Shown: in pieces, positions 26,525 to 41,166 of the stretch
Position numbering within the stretch: the first letter of the stretch is position 1
Layout: each line of letters begins with the position of its first letter
Source of the DNA: Eledone cirrhosa
Taxonomy: Eukaryota
NCBI GenBank assembly: GCA_964016885.1
Contig: OZ024747.1
Coordinates: 8,122,001 to 8,186,000 of the forward strand
DNA length: 64,000 bases
Direction: 5' to 3'
Notes under the pieces: model-generated
The model's input: the letters and a program-made list of their open reading frames with translations, nothing else
Database searches by the model: none
Told to the model about the DNA's origin: nothing
Made by a program: the position numbers and the translations under genes

Positions 26525-29022
26525 CACATATATATATACACACACACACATATATACACACACATATATATATATATACACATATATATATGTATATATA
26601 TATATGTGGGTATATATATGTATGTATATACAAACACATTAAAATGTATATCACTTTTATATGTTTATGTGGTGTATTTTCATATTACTTTTTAACCCAT
26701 CTCATCTTTTCAGGTAAATTTGTATATACTACACATCCCTTTATATTATTCAGATCTAATTTTAAATTCCTCTGTATGTTGTTATATTTATTAATATAAC
26801 TCACATTATAATATAGCTTGCATTTATACAAATATCTTTTATATATCTTAGTTTCTTTTTATTTAAATCTATGTAACTAATCATCATTTCATATCCTGTA
26901 TACATACATACACATATATATTCTTATATGTATGTATAAGTGTGTATATATATATAATCTTATATATATATAATCTTATATTCGACAAAACAATTTACAT
27001 TGTTTGTATGTTTCTTATATAATATAATTTGAAAAAAAATGTTTTTCTATATTGCAACATATTTCTACATTGCAACATAATTCATTTGATATTTTTATAT
27101 ATTTGGAGATATTGCTGTATATGTGTAGCTATTCTTGTTCATGAGTCAATATTTATATATATTTGTAGATATTCCTCTGTATTTTTGTATATATTTCTGC
27201 ATATCATATAGCATATTTAATTCTTTCTTGCTTGGATCAGAATAGATTAAAAATTATCAAAAGTTTGAAAAGAACTCTGAAATATTTCTGAATTTTCACA
27301 TAGATTTTAGGAAACAATTACTAAAAATATAAACATGTTTACATACATTCTGATATTTTAATCAAAATAAATTAAGATTTTTTTTCTCTATGATTTTATA
27401 AACCATCTGCTAGGATGAAACATGAAGATGGAAGTACCTTCCTCCCTGTTATAAATGACAAGAATTTGCCAAAGCTTTACAGATGCCTGACAATGAAATG
27501 ACACAAATTTTATGGCTCATGACCCAATAGTTAGAGTGTTGGAATTATGTTTATAAGGTGATGGGTTTGATTCCTGAACCAGGCAGTGCTTTGTGTTCTT
27601 AAGCAAGATTCTTCATTTTATTTCATTTTCTCATTGGTTTTCCAGTTAGTTTGTTGTCTGAAATCACTGTAGAATTAGCATTTACCAAATAAAAGATCCA
27701 TTATCAGTGTTTTAACCCTTTTGATATCAACCCAGCTGAAATGGATACATTTAATACAGTCCACACTGTATACTAATAGTGATGGTGCCACAATAACACT
27801 CAGAACACCCTGTAAGGCGGTTGATATTAGGAAGGGCTGTAAAAACCATGCTAAATATGGAATGTATATGTAATAAAATGTTCTAATCGACAAGGAAAAC
27901 ATTTGCAGGGATTAGTAACATATCTACTAACTTTCTCACTATTAAGCTGGTGTTTGGAACATGCCTTAACAAAGGTTCTTACTTAAAGTTATGATGGAGG
28001 TTTTTAGAGAAATATAAAATCTTTCACCCTTTTCTTACCATAATTCCAGAGAAAGACACTGCCAAGAATTTGAAGGGATTTCATAATAATAGTTTCTATT
28101 TTAGGCACAAGGCCAGCAATTACCCAGTACATTACTGGTACTTTATTTTATCGAAAGCATGGTGTCCGACTCTCTACCGATACTGCCAATCCACCTCCCT
28201 TAGGAAGGGATTTCATAATAATGTGTCTATCTCAGTATTAAGTTATTGTTTGGAACATAACTTAACAAAGGTTCTTATATAGAATTATGATGGAAGGTTT
28301 TTAGATGATTATAAATACTGTAAAATAAATAGTTTTAAATTGTAGAACCAATGGTGGTTTCAGGCAGTTTAGTATCGAAAAGGTGAAGAACTGAAGCTAG
28401 TGTATTGCATTAATATTTATATAATAGTTATTTTGTTTTTAGTTATTTAAGAAGAGAAATGATATAAATCTTCGAACATATGTGATTCTGTTACTTACAA
28501 GTCCAAGAAAACTAGTGATTTATCAATCTGAGAAAAAATAACAGAAAATAATTTCTTATTCATCATTAACTACTTGTTAAAAAGAAGTTTAACTAAATGT
28601 TAGCATTTCAATCTCTTGGGAGCCAGAGACATTTATGTTTTCCTTCTTTGTTTTAGTTCCACTGATAAAACAATATTACATTATGTTAACTGCTTTTGTA
28701 GAGTTTCTGAGATTTTGTTTATTAATTAGGAAAAGAATTCTCTGGAGATTAAAAAGAAAAAAAAAATTAACTAAATTTGGAAGAGTTTCTGTCAAAATAT
28801 TTACTTTCTGGCAACTTGTTATAAAAGTCAGTGTTTGGCAAAAGAAACTATATGGTTAGAATAAGAAATAAAGAGAAACAACTTGTTGATAAAATTATTG
28901 ATTTTATAATATTGATTTCTTTGCTTTGGCACTACAATTCAAAATTATCATAAATGGTAAATGTAGTTGTGTGATTTTGTGGTGTGCATGCCTTTGGAGT
29001 AATGCTACTCAAAAGATTGCAT

Positions 29023-29660
29023 AGCTTGGAGATCAGAGTCACTCCAGGTAGAGCTGCTACCTCTCCAAATTGAGAGATCACAGCTCTGATATTACAGACA
29101 TGTGGTTAGCTACTTGATAGAGTATGAAGCTTGGAGATCAGGAAGTCACTCCAGTAGAGTCGCTACCTCTCCAAATTGAGAGATCACAGCTCTGATATTA
29201 CAGACATGTGGTTAGCTACTTGATAGAGTATGAAGCTTGGAGATCAGGAAGTCACTCCAGGTAGAGCCGCTACTTCTCCAAATTGAGAGATCACAGCTCT
29301 GATATTACAGACATGTGGTTAGCTACTTGATAGAGTATGAAGCTTGGAGATCAGAGTCACTCCAGGTAGAGCCGCTACTTCTCCAAATTGAGAGATCACA
29401 GCTCTGATATTACAGACATGTGGTTAGAATATCTCAGGAAAGAATTGCTGGCCAGATTTAGACCCCGGGGAAGATGGTTGGATAATATCCATGAGCTTGC
29501 CTGGTCTTGCTTGGACATTGAGCAAGATTAATTGGAGACAGCTGCTTCTTACAGGACCTGCTGGAAGGAGTGTTTGCAGACTCTGCCCCAATGACCTTCC
29601 CAAGAAGACGAAGAAGAAGGGGAAGAAGAAGACGAAGAACACGAAGAAGAAGAAGACTAA
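29023..29660 (+). mobile_element. RTE (Rex3/Expander-like) LINE 3' fragment with a 105-107-bp internal tandem repeat (about 3.8 copies) and (GAA)n tail
   Basis: The repeat translates SLEIRKSLQVEPLLLQIERSQL*YYRHVV. It is followed by RPRGRWLDNIHELAWSCL...LPQ*P and a GAA-rich tail. Confidence 0.8.
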
Positions 29661-30740
29661 AGGAATGAATCATACATTAAAAATCCTATCTTAATAATGA
29701 AATATTTAATAAATGTAAGAAATCCCAACAAATATTTCATTAATTACTTGAAAGAGTGTATTTTATTAGAAATATGGTCAAGAAAGGGTTAAAGGATTCT
29801 TATTTAATTTAAAATGATTTTATATAAGAACCATCTGTGAAGTTATTATCCAAGAACCATATGTTAAATTATTAACATGATTTTATATAAGAATCATGTG
29901 TTAAATTATTATCCTCGTAATGAAATAATTAATAACTTCAGTAAATCCCTCCAGATTAATTAATTATTTAATTAATTGAAATAGAATGTATTTCATTAGA
30001 AAACTCTTTATGTCCTGTAACATAAAACTGCATCTTCATAATTTCTTGAATTATAATAAACAACACTAAGACTGCCTCACATTCAAAACTAAAATGTTTA
30101 GTTTAGTTTAGTTTACAGCAAATGTTCACAGTGATCTGTCTGTTAATAAAGATACTATAAACATTTGAATTAACAAACCAGTTTTTAGATATTTTCTGTG
30201 AAATCATTATAGGATGCTAAGAGATAATACTGCAAATGTTAACAACCATCTGTTCACTGGTAAAATTACTATAAATATTTGAATTACAGAATGTTAAGAT
30301 ATAATAAAACTAAAACCCCCAAAATGCTTCTGAAATAAAACCAAGATCAAGACCAAGAATAGATCTGTTTTAGAAGAAGACATTTTTAAGTTGATCACTG
30401 GATTTTCTTAGAATAACTTGTTGTACTTAATTTAAAAGTGACAAGTTACAACCTCAAGCTCTGACATTTAATTTAATAAGAGAGACTTCTAGAAATATTT
30501 TACTACAAGTAGTGGTGGTCAATTACTTGGTTTTACAGTGAATTGGTTTCTGAAATGGTTGTCTTTCTCGGTCTTCCTTCTTAGGCTTTATATACCTAGC
30601 CACTACCATTACACATTGACAGTCTTATAGGAAAGAGTGATGAGTAAGTATATATAAATATATATATATAATGTATTTTTGTATAAGTATATAATGTATA
30701 TACATATATATATAACTTTGATAAATTTTATATATGTGTA

Positions 30741-31310
<570 letters not shown>

Positions 31311-31388
31311 ATGTATATATGTATATAAATTAAGCTGCAGGCTCCACTCCTGGTGGCATCCTTCAGTCAGTTCCTGTAAGTTCCTGTC

Positions 31389-31615
31389 TTAACCCTCTAC
31401 CATTTAAACCAGCCATATCCAGCCAGAATTCTCTCACCTCTTTCTCTTCAAACTGACTATAACCAGCTGCCCATATTTATGTTAATGTATTGATCTCAAA
31501 ATAAATATCGAAATCTCATAGCTTCAATACTATGTGAGATAATTAAATGAGATCAAGCCTTTACCGTGAAAATATAATAGTATATATAGAGTAATGTAAA
31601 CGGTAAAGGGTTAAC
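31389..31615. mobile_element. Second TTAA-flanked MITE (inverted copy at 58828-59378)
   Basis: TIR ttaaccctctaccattta / taaacggtaaagggttaa; internal gccagaattctctcacct shared with about 59335-59352(-). Confidence 0.65.
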
Positions 31616-31816
31616 GACCTAGTCGTAATTCTGACCATAAACGATGCTGATTGATACTTTATTTCATCAACCACCAGAGGGCGCTAAAAAGCAAAGTTGA
31701 CTTCAGCAAGATTTGAACTCAGAAAGTAAAGAGCTGAAACAAATACTGCTCAGCATTTGTCCAACGTTCTAATGACTGTTCATACTACTACTACTATTAC
31801 TACTACTACTACTACT

Positions 31817-32095
31817 AATTGGAGAATCTGACATGTAGAAATGGTACCAATTGTGGTTGGTGCACTGGAAGTAGTTAGTAAAAGGTTATATAGATGGCTT
31901 GAGAAGCTAGAAATTACCACCAGGGCAGTATTGTTGCAGAAGACAGACTTGCTAGCAACAGAAAGGATTCTAAGGAAGGTGTTGGGAAGTTGAGGGAGAA
32001 GGAATGACCCAAAGGACCTTTGCCCATTGGCTATGGCTTGTTCTTTGGTATAGTGTCGGTATGACAACTGCTAGAGCAGAAACGTGATGAATGAT
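31817..32095 (+). mobile_element. R4/Dong-like (restriction-like endonuclease) LINE 3' end in a TAC/TAA microsatellite
   Basis: Translates VEMVPIVVGALEVVSKRLYRWLEKLEI...LLQKTDLLATERILRKVL; flanked by (tac)n and taa/tac repeats. Confidence 0.75.
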
Positions 32096-32289
32096 GATAA
32101 TACTAATACTACTAATACACAAAATGGTAAGCAATGTATTTTGAATTAAATATGCTAATAATTAACCCTTCCTTACAAAATCTCATTATGTCTGATTTAG
32201 TTCAATGATACACACGTATACATGTATATATACACACAGCGAAACACTAACAAACAAACATACACACACACATCTATACTCACATACAG

Positions 32290-32363
<74 letters not shown>

Positions 32364-32634
32364 GAGATAAGGATAGTCAAACATTGGAAATAATTGAAGA
32401 CAACAAAGAACATTAAAATAAAAAGAACAAATCAAATAACATGTATATAAGGAATTGAATTTAATTGTCTTTGTAAATAAATATCATACACATTCAATAT
32501 ATATAAATCATCATATACATACATATATATATACGTACATACATATATATACACACATACATATAAATACACACACACACACACACACACACCTAAACAT
32601 ACATATATACATATATATACATGTATATATACAC

Positions 32635-32673
<39 letters not shown>

Positions 32674-32831
32674 CACACACACTCATATGTGTGTGGGTAT
32701 ATAATCTGAATTCAGCCTCCTTTGAGGAGATTACTCAGGGAAAAAATATATATACATACATATATATATACATATATATATACATATATATATACATATA
32801 TATATACATATATATATACATATATATATAC

Positions 32832-32885
<54 letters not shown>

Positions 32886-33207
32886 GAAAGTACAGCATAG
32901 TCGAAGCTCGAGCTGCAGCTAAGCCAACGATTGCAACCAGAAAGTGCAGCCACACACTCGACAAGGTATAAAACCTCAGAGCAATAACATACAGTTTAAA
33001 GGGTTCTGCAAATTGAAGATAGCGACCGGTAATTCAGCCGCGGGGACCGTAGCAACGAAAGAACTGACTCGCGAGAAAAAATACATATATATATATATAT
33101 ATATATGACAATATATATATATATATATTGGTTCAGTCAATTTAGGTAAGCATTGATGTGTTTACACAGATGATACCAAAATTCAATGATGTTAGTGAGT
33201 CTATATA

Positions 33208-33242
<35 letters not shown>

Positions 33243-33530
33243 TACATATATTTTTACATACTGTATTATCAGCAGTTATGGGGTTCATTTTCATTTTTTT
33301 TTTTTGTAATGTGTTTTTTTTTTTTTTATTAATTTCATAAAATCAATTTTTGCTTTGGTTTAGTGAATTGTCTTGTGTTTTATTGTTCCTTAAGTATATG
33401 TAAATATACCTGTATGGATCCATGTACATTCGATTCCATCAACATATTTGTACATGTCAATCTGTGTGAGTGCCTTATGCCTCATCATTATCTCTCTCTC
33501 TCCACCCTCTTTCACACACTCTTTCTTTTG

Positions 33531-33562
<32 letters not shown>

Positions 33563-34365
33563 CTTTATTGCTACCCCCTCACTCACACACATACTCTTTC
33601 ACTCTTGCTCCCCTTCTCTCTTATACACACACGCCTTCTCTCTCACAGACACACACTCAGCTTCTCTCTCACAGACACCCCCCCCTTCTCTCTCTATCTC
33701 AGCCATTGATGTTACTGGCTAATGCCTGTGTTGTCTTAATGAATTACACTTCTTCAACTTCTCTCCAAACCAAACATATAACTTTAACTGAATCACATTT
33801 GTTTCTTCCAATATTTGACAACAACAATAATAGATTATGCTCTATTATTTCTTCTGAACGATTAAGCAAACTTGCAGTCTGTACAAGTATCAAATTTCAG
33901 TAAAAATCATTCAATAAAAAAAATGAATTATTTTCAACATTTTGCTTTCTTTTTGTTCACTAAGTAACACATGGACCTTTGAAATTTTGCTATTTGTTGT
34001 ATTTTTTTTGCTTTTCTATTTTCTTTCTTTTTTTCATGCCAAAAGTAGAAAGAGTTATTATTATTATTAATATTTTTTGCTATTTCAGTTTTTCTCCTTT
34101 GGGTGTGATAATTTTGATATCCATCCTCCTGACTTCAATATCTCATATCACTTCTTTGAAAGCAAAAAAATGAAAATCATATTTCAGTGTTGCTTTCTTT
34201 TCAGTCCCTTAAATTCTTGAAATGAAATTCACCTTCCTTCTATGCTAACCTGACTCCCCTAAAGTGTGACAGGTCAGCACATTTAAACAGATCTGCAGGT
34301 CTCAATTTTTGGCTGTTGTTTCCTGTGATTACTGTTTTGCATTTGTCTCTTGGCATAACTGCTTC

Positions 34366-34403
34366 TCAAAAATAAGGGGCTTTTCTGGTTGGCAATGATA
34401 GAA
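34366..34403 (-). CDS. Pcdh: Predicted protocadherin terminal coding exon (VLSLPTRKAPYF*), followed by about 1 kb of putative 3' UTR
   Basis: Strong acceptor ttttttatatttttgttttttag|, phase compatible with exon 2. Followed by largely unique sequence with minus-strand AATAAA near 33325-33385. Confidence 0.5.
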
Positions 34404-35834
34404 CTAAAAAAACAAAAATATAAAAAAGAATAATCAGAAGCCGTCAAGACAACCCAGATTCCATATTTGGAAGAAATTAATGTGTAAAATACAGTCAGAA
34501 AACTATGTCCATTACTAAATCCTTTAAATGCTTAACCATTTTAATACCAATCTGCCTGAGACCACTCCTGTCTCTACACAAAGACATTCACTTTCAACTG
34601 TTCATATTTATATTTAAACCTTCCAATATGAAGTTAAGAATCTTTTGTTATATTAAGTTACAATATCTACTTTAATAATTGTTTCTACTATTGGCACAGG
34701 GCCAGCAATTACCCAGTACATTACTGGTACTTTATGTTATCGACCCCGTAAGGATGAAAGGCAAAGTTAACCTCGGCGGGATTTGAACTCAGAATGGCAA
34801 GGGCCATAACTCTATGCATCAAAGCATGGCGTCCGACCCTCTACCGATACTGCCAATTCACCGCCCCTTATCTACTTTAATAAGGGTTTCTGATTTAGGC
34901 ACATGTCAACAATTTTAGGGGAGGGTAAAGTCGATTAAATCGACCCCAGTGCATTACTGGTACTATATTTTATAATCTCTACTTTAATAATAGATTACTA
35001 AACCCATCAAAATTTATGATTATTTGAAAAACTAACTGAAACGTATAGAGAGTGTATTTCATCAAAACTATAGTAACGAAAGGGTTAACATCTGGGAGGT
35101 AAATTAGATCTCATGCAGTTTCTTAATATTAATCCTTAAACTTAATTTTTATAAGTGTACATTTTAGAGGAATTACACAAAACATTCTTAAATAATATGA
35201 AATGCAAAGAAACAAACATTCATGGACAATTTTAGAGCCGTACTAGTTTGGCAAGTGTGTTGTAGAAAAGACATTTTAGCTATGTAAAACAGTCAAAATA
35301 TAAAAAAAAATGTTTTAAGCAGTTTGAACAGAGGTTTTTCTTTTGTTAGAAGCACTAGATATTCAGATATAGTGATACATAGAATATTTTGAAATTCATT
35401 TTCTGTGCAGAGTATTTTTATTTGATTTTTTCTTATGATGTTTTATCATAACTTTCTTTTACAAATGATCTAGAACATCAGAGAATTATAACAATTACTC
35501 ATCTTATTTCTCATTATTCCTGTCATTCTTTTTAATTTTCCCCATGTCAGGGCACATATGTGACTACATCGGGTAAAACTAAGCTGGGAAAAGGTTGCCT
35601 GGTCAATTATTGGTAATGTAACAGTTTAACTGTTGTGTGGTATTCTTGGTGACAGCAGTAACATTCTTTTACTCTCAGAAAACTCTTTGTATCAAATAAG
35701 CAGTTTGTATCAAATAATCAAATAACACTAGATATTCGGATTCACTTTACATTTATAACTTATTTTCTGGTTTTGTTGCACAGTTTGTGATCTGGTTAGT
35801 AAGTTGCAGAGGAACGGTCAGTGACCAGGTTACA

Positions 35835-36024
35835 AATAATTGTTTCTACTATTGGCACAAGGCCAGCAATTATCTCAATGTATTACTGGTACTTTATTTT
35901 ATCGACCCCATAAGGATGAAAGGCAAAGTTAACCTCGGGGGGATTTGAACTCAGACCATAAAGGGCCGTAACTCTTTGCTGCAAAGCATGGCGTCCGACC
36001 CTCTACCAATACTGCCAATCCGTC
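35835..36024 (-). mobile_element. SINE family B (tRNA head, ATT tail), short variant, 18-bp TSD
   Basis: gaccaggttacaaataat duplicated on both sides; B-box gagttcaaatccc. Other short-variant copies at 9948-10120, 28087-28198, 34674-34867, 36580-36709(+), 45438-45621 and 53868-54051(+). Confidence 0.9.
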
Positions 36025-37170
36025 GACCAGGTTACAAATAATACGACTTTGATATCAGAAAATAAATAAGTGAATTTAACAATTTTATGTGCTTTTTTGA
36101 ATGATTAAAATATCTCTTCTACAATGAGTATGGGTCATATTGATGGGTCATATTCAGCATAGTAGCAGTTATATTTTACATTGGACTTTGAAAGAGCTCG
36201 GCAATATCAGATATATCACAAGTATTATTCTATATAAGATATCATCCAGTTGAAAAATAAAATATTCTAACAATTAGAAGTACAGCTCTACAATTTTAAA
36301 CTATAAAGGTTATTTGTAGCAAACACTTCAGAACATAAATGATGAAATAGTGATTGGCCAATCTGGACCCTGACCAAAGATCAAATGACCAATAAGGCTA
36401 TTATTTACAAATAACATCAAACTGCTTAGACTCACTCCTGGTTCTATCATACAAAATTGCCTTAAAGTGTTTTAAACTGTTTATATTTATCTAAAACCTT
36501 TCCATTGTAATTGTATGTAAGAACCTTTGTTAAGTTATATTACAAACACTAACCTAAAAATGAGAAACTTAGTTATATGCCTTTATGGTCTGAGTTCAAA
36601 TCCTGCCGAGGTTAACTGTACCTTTCATCCTTACAGGGTTGACAAAATAAAGTACCAGTCATGCACTGGAATAATTGCTGGCCTTGTGCCTAAAGTAGAA
36701 ACAATTATTAAAACCCTCCAAATTCTTGATTATTTTCAAAATACTTTGAAAATCATAAGGAATGTCTTCCATTGAGGAAAGAGTCTATTAGAGTAGAAAA
36801 TCTTACAAGATGGGAACAAACACAGTGAACAAATGAGAATTAGCAGAATTAGTTACATCGTACCATAAGACAGGTTGTGAGGGACCATACACTGTGTCTT
36901 TATCTCCAGAAATAGAAAGATTGAGGATTTAACAACAATTTCTTATAGAATAGATGTTATACTACAGTGACCACCCACGGACATCCCAGTGTGCAACATA
37001 GAACAGAACTAAAGATATTCATCATCAGCCTCATTTTGCACCAATTTTCCACACTGGCATGGGTGGGTCGGGTTGCCATGACCACATTTTGTTCATGTTT
37101 CATTTCAGCATGGTTTCTACAACTGGATCTCTTTTCCAATGCCAGCAACTTCATAGTTCATGGATCTGAT

Positions 37171-37460
37171 CATGGCAGTGGCACTACCACTTTACCAGGT
37201 GGACAGGCTGTATTTTATTATAACACTAGCATTACCACTTTACACTGAGAATTGGATGTGGTTTATCATGGCACCAGCACTACCACTTTACCAGGTGGAC
37301 AGGCTGTATTTTATTATAACACTAGCATTACCACTTTACACTGAGAATTGGATGTGGTTTATCATGGCACCAGCACTACCACTTTACAGAATGTACTGAG
37401 TACAATTTACAGAGTGGGTTAGATAGATTTTATTGTGGCACCAATGTTACCATTTTACAG
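37171..37460 (+). repeat. 96-bp (2 x 48) higher-order tandem repeat within a SINE remnant
   Basis: catggca recurs at 37171, 37267 and 37363; each unit holds two diverged gca.taccactttac monomers. Confidence 0.85.
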
Positions 37461-38253
37461 AGGAGCTGGCTGCAACACTAGGGTGATTTGAATAATTTGT
37501 TAAATTGTAAAATTTTATGTAAAATGCTGGTCAAGTGTCATATACCATAATTTCGGGTCAACCCAAGTCTTATGATTGAAGTTAGGCAGATGGAATCTGT
37601 TTGGAAGCCTGTCAGATGGACTGTACGTATAATTCAAAGAGTAAATCTTGTCACACACAGTGTCATGTTGAAGCTCCTTTTAAAATAATGTTAAGGGTAC
37701 ACATGTCTGTGGAATGTTTAGACACACACGTTAATTTCATGAGCAGGCTGCTGTTCCATTGATCAAACAGCAGGAACACTCATCATCAAAACTACTGGAG
37801 GAAGGTCCATTGTTATAGTAATCGATATATTATGGCAAGGTCCCAAACAGTTTATATGCTTTTGAGATGTTATCAGAAGAAAACTTAGCTATTTGTTTAA
37901 TATACCATAGAAAAATGAGGTTTCTAATCAGATAGTAGTCTTCAATAGCCTCATTTTATGACGTGTGACTTTCCATTTTTCAAACCACTTCCTACAGTTA
38001 ATTGTTATTGCAAGATAAGCATATTTCATGTCAGCCATAAGAAACTATCAACAATAACTAAAAAAAAAAAAAACAAAAAAAAAAATCACTGGACAAATTC
38101 TCAACGGACTTGGAATGAAGCCCAGAAAATTGAGGGACACTATCATTACATTTTAAACAGTGATGGTATAAATCAAATCTATACACACACATATATAAAT
38201 ATATATATATACACACACACATATGATGGAATGAACCATATGTGTGTGTATAA

Positions 38254-38292
<39 letters not shown>

Positions 38293-38324
38293 TAAACATA
38301 AATATATACATATATTGTACGAAT

Positions 38325-38392
<68 letters not shown>

Positions 38393-38491
38393 GGTCAATA
38401 TATATATATTGTCAGTAGGGGGCCAAAACTGTATGTCCATTTCGACTGATGACCATCGAGTTTGTAATTGTTGCCTACACACACACACATA

Positions 38492-39412
38492 TATGAGGTG
38501 TGTCAGAAAAGTTCCAGGACTGATGTCACAAAAGATTTATTTCAAACCCAAACTTCACACTAGGAGTTTTCTCCCTCAAAGTAATCCCCCTGGAGTCTAA
38601 TGCACTTTTCCATCCTTTTCTGCCATGCTTGCATGCACTCCTGGAAGGATTCTTCTGGGATCCTCCGCAGTTCCGCCGTCATGGCCTTTTTGATGTCGTC
38701 CACGTCTTCAAAACGGGTCCCCTCCAGGTCATACTCGAAGATCCATGACTCATCACCGGTGATGACTGTCCCTAGCAAATCTGGTTTGGTTTCAAGACGC
38801 TCGAGGATGTCCTGGCACACTTGCATGCGTCGACCCTTCTGGTCATCGTTCAGCAGTTTTGGCACCATCTTCGCACAGACTTTCTGCATGTCCAAATCTT
38901 CAGTGAGAATCTTCCAGACGCTGTCCCGATTCATGCCCAGCTCATTTGCCATCAGTTGAACAGTCGGCCGACGATCGCTACGCACCATCTTCCTGACGCG
39001 CTCAACGTTGACCTCAGTCCTGGTTGTTGAGGGCCTTCCGCTCCTGGGGTCATCTTCCACATCCTCGCGTCCTTCTTTAAACCTCTTGCACCACTCAAAA
39101 ACACGTGAGCGTGACATCGTCTCATCTCCATACCCTTGCTACAGCAATCCCAGTGCTTCTGACAGAGTTTTCCCCAACCGTACCAGAAACTTCAAGGTTG
39201 TTTGTTGCTCTGTGCTCATTGTTTGACGACCTGAAACAGAGGACATGTATATAAAATTATGAAGAAAAAAGTTTGATCGCTGCAGAGAGCTAAGATTACA
39301 GTTACATACTCCAGGGGGATTACTTTGAAGGAGAAAACTCTTAGTGTGAAGTTTGGGTTTGAAATAAATCTTTTGTGACATCAGTCCTGGAACTTTTCTG
39401 ACATACCTCATA
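38492..39412 (-). mobile_element. Mariner (Tc1/mariner) transposon, internally deleted, 105-bp TIRs, TA target
   Basis: TIRs 38492-38596 and 39308-39412 start TATGAGG, flanked by TA. Transposase motifs VFEWCKRF, DDPRSGRP, MVPKLL, ITGDESW and GDYFEG. Confidence 0.95.
38560..39219 (-). pseudogene. Mariner transposase pseudogene
   Basis: ATG at 39219 and in-frame TAG at 39139-41. An in-frame deletion joins WIFEYD to LEGTRF and removes the second and third catalytic Asp regions (HDNA, YSPDL). Confidence 0.92.
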
Positions 39413-39437
39413 TATATATAAACATGGTAGCATAAGT

Positions 39438-39472
<35 letters not shown>

Positions 39473-40919
39473 GATTGTATAAACCAAATATATACTGATA
39501 TAAATTATAGTCATTATAAAGTAAAGTTTTCTTCCTTCCAAGATCAATAAAAAACAAATACCAGTTAAATACTGGAAACCAATGTATAGGTGATTAGTCA
39601 GGCCTCATCCACAAGGTCTTGTCTTTACTAGTCATCAATTATTGATTAAAATATTAATCATTTTGATACCAAAACTCCTGAAACCACCTCTGATTCTGTG
39701 ATACAAAACTTTCTTTTAAAATATTTGTATTTATGTAAAAAAAATCTCCATTATAGTTTTATGTAAGAACCTTTAAGATATGTTTCAAACACCAGATTAA
39801 TAGTGAGAAAATTACTAAATCCCTTTAAATTCTTGATTATTTTTGAAATAATTTGAAAATCATAAGCATTGTATTTATTTCAAACTTAGGTAATGAAATG
39901 GTTAATTTATTATATTATAGAAAACAAGAAATACATCATGTATCACTAAAAACTACTTCAAAATCACGAGAACCCAACTTCTCCCCTATTAATTTTTTTT
40001 AAAAACAATAGTACAATAGCAGTTAATATATATTTAAAAATATACATATACATAAATACTTTTGATAACAAAGTTTTAATGATTATTAATTACTGAAATA
40101 ATTGTAGTTAATTAATTCGAACTGTAATTTTTCTTTTAAATAATGGAATTTTCCATTCTTTTGTTGATTAAACATAAAAATACTATATTTTGTTTTAACA
40201 TCAACATTTGAAGAATTTGATTTCATAGCATCATTCGATAACTTTGATGTCAATAAGTAATTATAATGTATTTATTGAAGTAAAAGATTTAATAAAATGT
40301 AATTAATTTCTCATTATTGCTAGGTGCACTAGATTTTGGAAACAGAAGTAGAGTTAGCTAGTTTATAATTTATAATTTGAATCATAAAAAGACTTTATTT
40401 TTTAATGTTTAGTTAAAGAGAGAAGTGCAGTATCATTAATAGTTTTCATGGCCTCTGAGACTGGTTGGAAGGAGAGAGAGAGAGAGAAAGTATTCTTAAA
40501 TTGAAGATCTCGCCAAAATGCTTGCAACAAGGTGAATAATGGTAAAGGCATCTAAGGGGCAATTGGTGGTTTTAAACAGGATTTAAATTCAGAACTCAAA
40601 GAGCAACACTGCAAGGTATCTTATCAGATGCTCTAACAATTCCACTACTACAGATTGGTACTTTATTTTATTAATCCCAGAGGAATGATAAGCCCCATTT
40701 GATACCAAACTGTGATAGGTTCCATGATATGAAATTGTTTTTTTTTAAACACCTTCCATCATAATTTTATGTAAAAACCTTTGTTACAGAACAGATATTA
40801 CTAAATCTCTTCAAAATCTTCATAGGCAGTATTTTTCATTAGAAATGTAATTAAAATATTGAGAATGTATCTCTGAGATGTCTCAATAAATGGTTAAGGT
40901 AGAGTAAAGTTGGACTTTT

Positions 40920-41166
40920 ATCCCTTTCATTACCACATTTCTTATGAAAGACACACTTTATGATTTTCAAATCATTTTGAAAATAAAGAATTTGTAAGGG
41001 TTTAGTAAAGTAAATTTGTCATTATCAAGCTTGTGTTTGGAGCATAACTTTTAGTTACATAAAATTATGATGGAAGCTTTTTAGATAAATAAATGCATTT
41101 TAAAATAAACAGTTTATATCATAGAACAAGGTATAGTTTCAAGTTGTTTGGTATCAAAAGGGTTAA
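40920..41166 (+). mobile_element. Abundant MITE of about 250 bp with ttaaccctt/aagggttaa ends (TTAA-flanked, piggyBac-like)
   Basis: More than 12 diverged copies (3815-4045, 5149-5460, 14020-14322, 27900-28385, 34575-35087, 36410-36775, 39655-39905, 53770-54240, 60623-60770) share ggtgtttggaacataacttaacaaaggttctta..aaattatgatgg. Confidence 0.65.
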
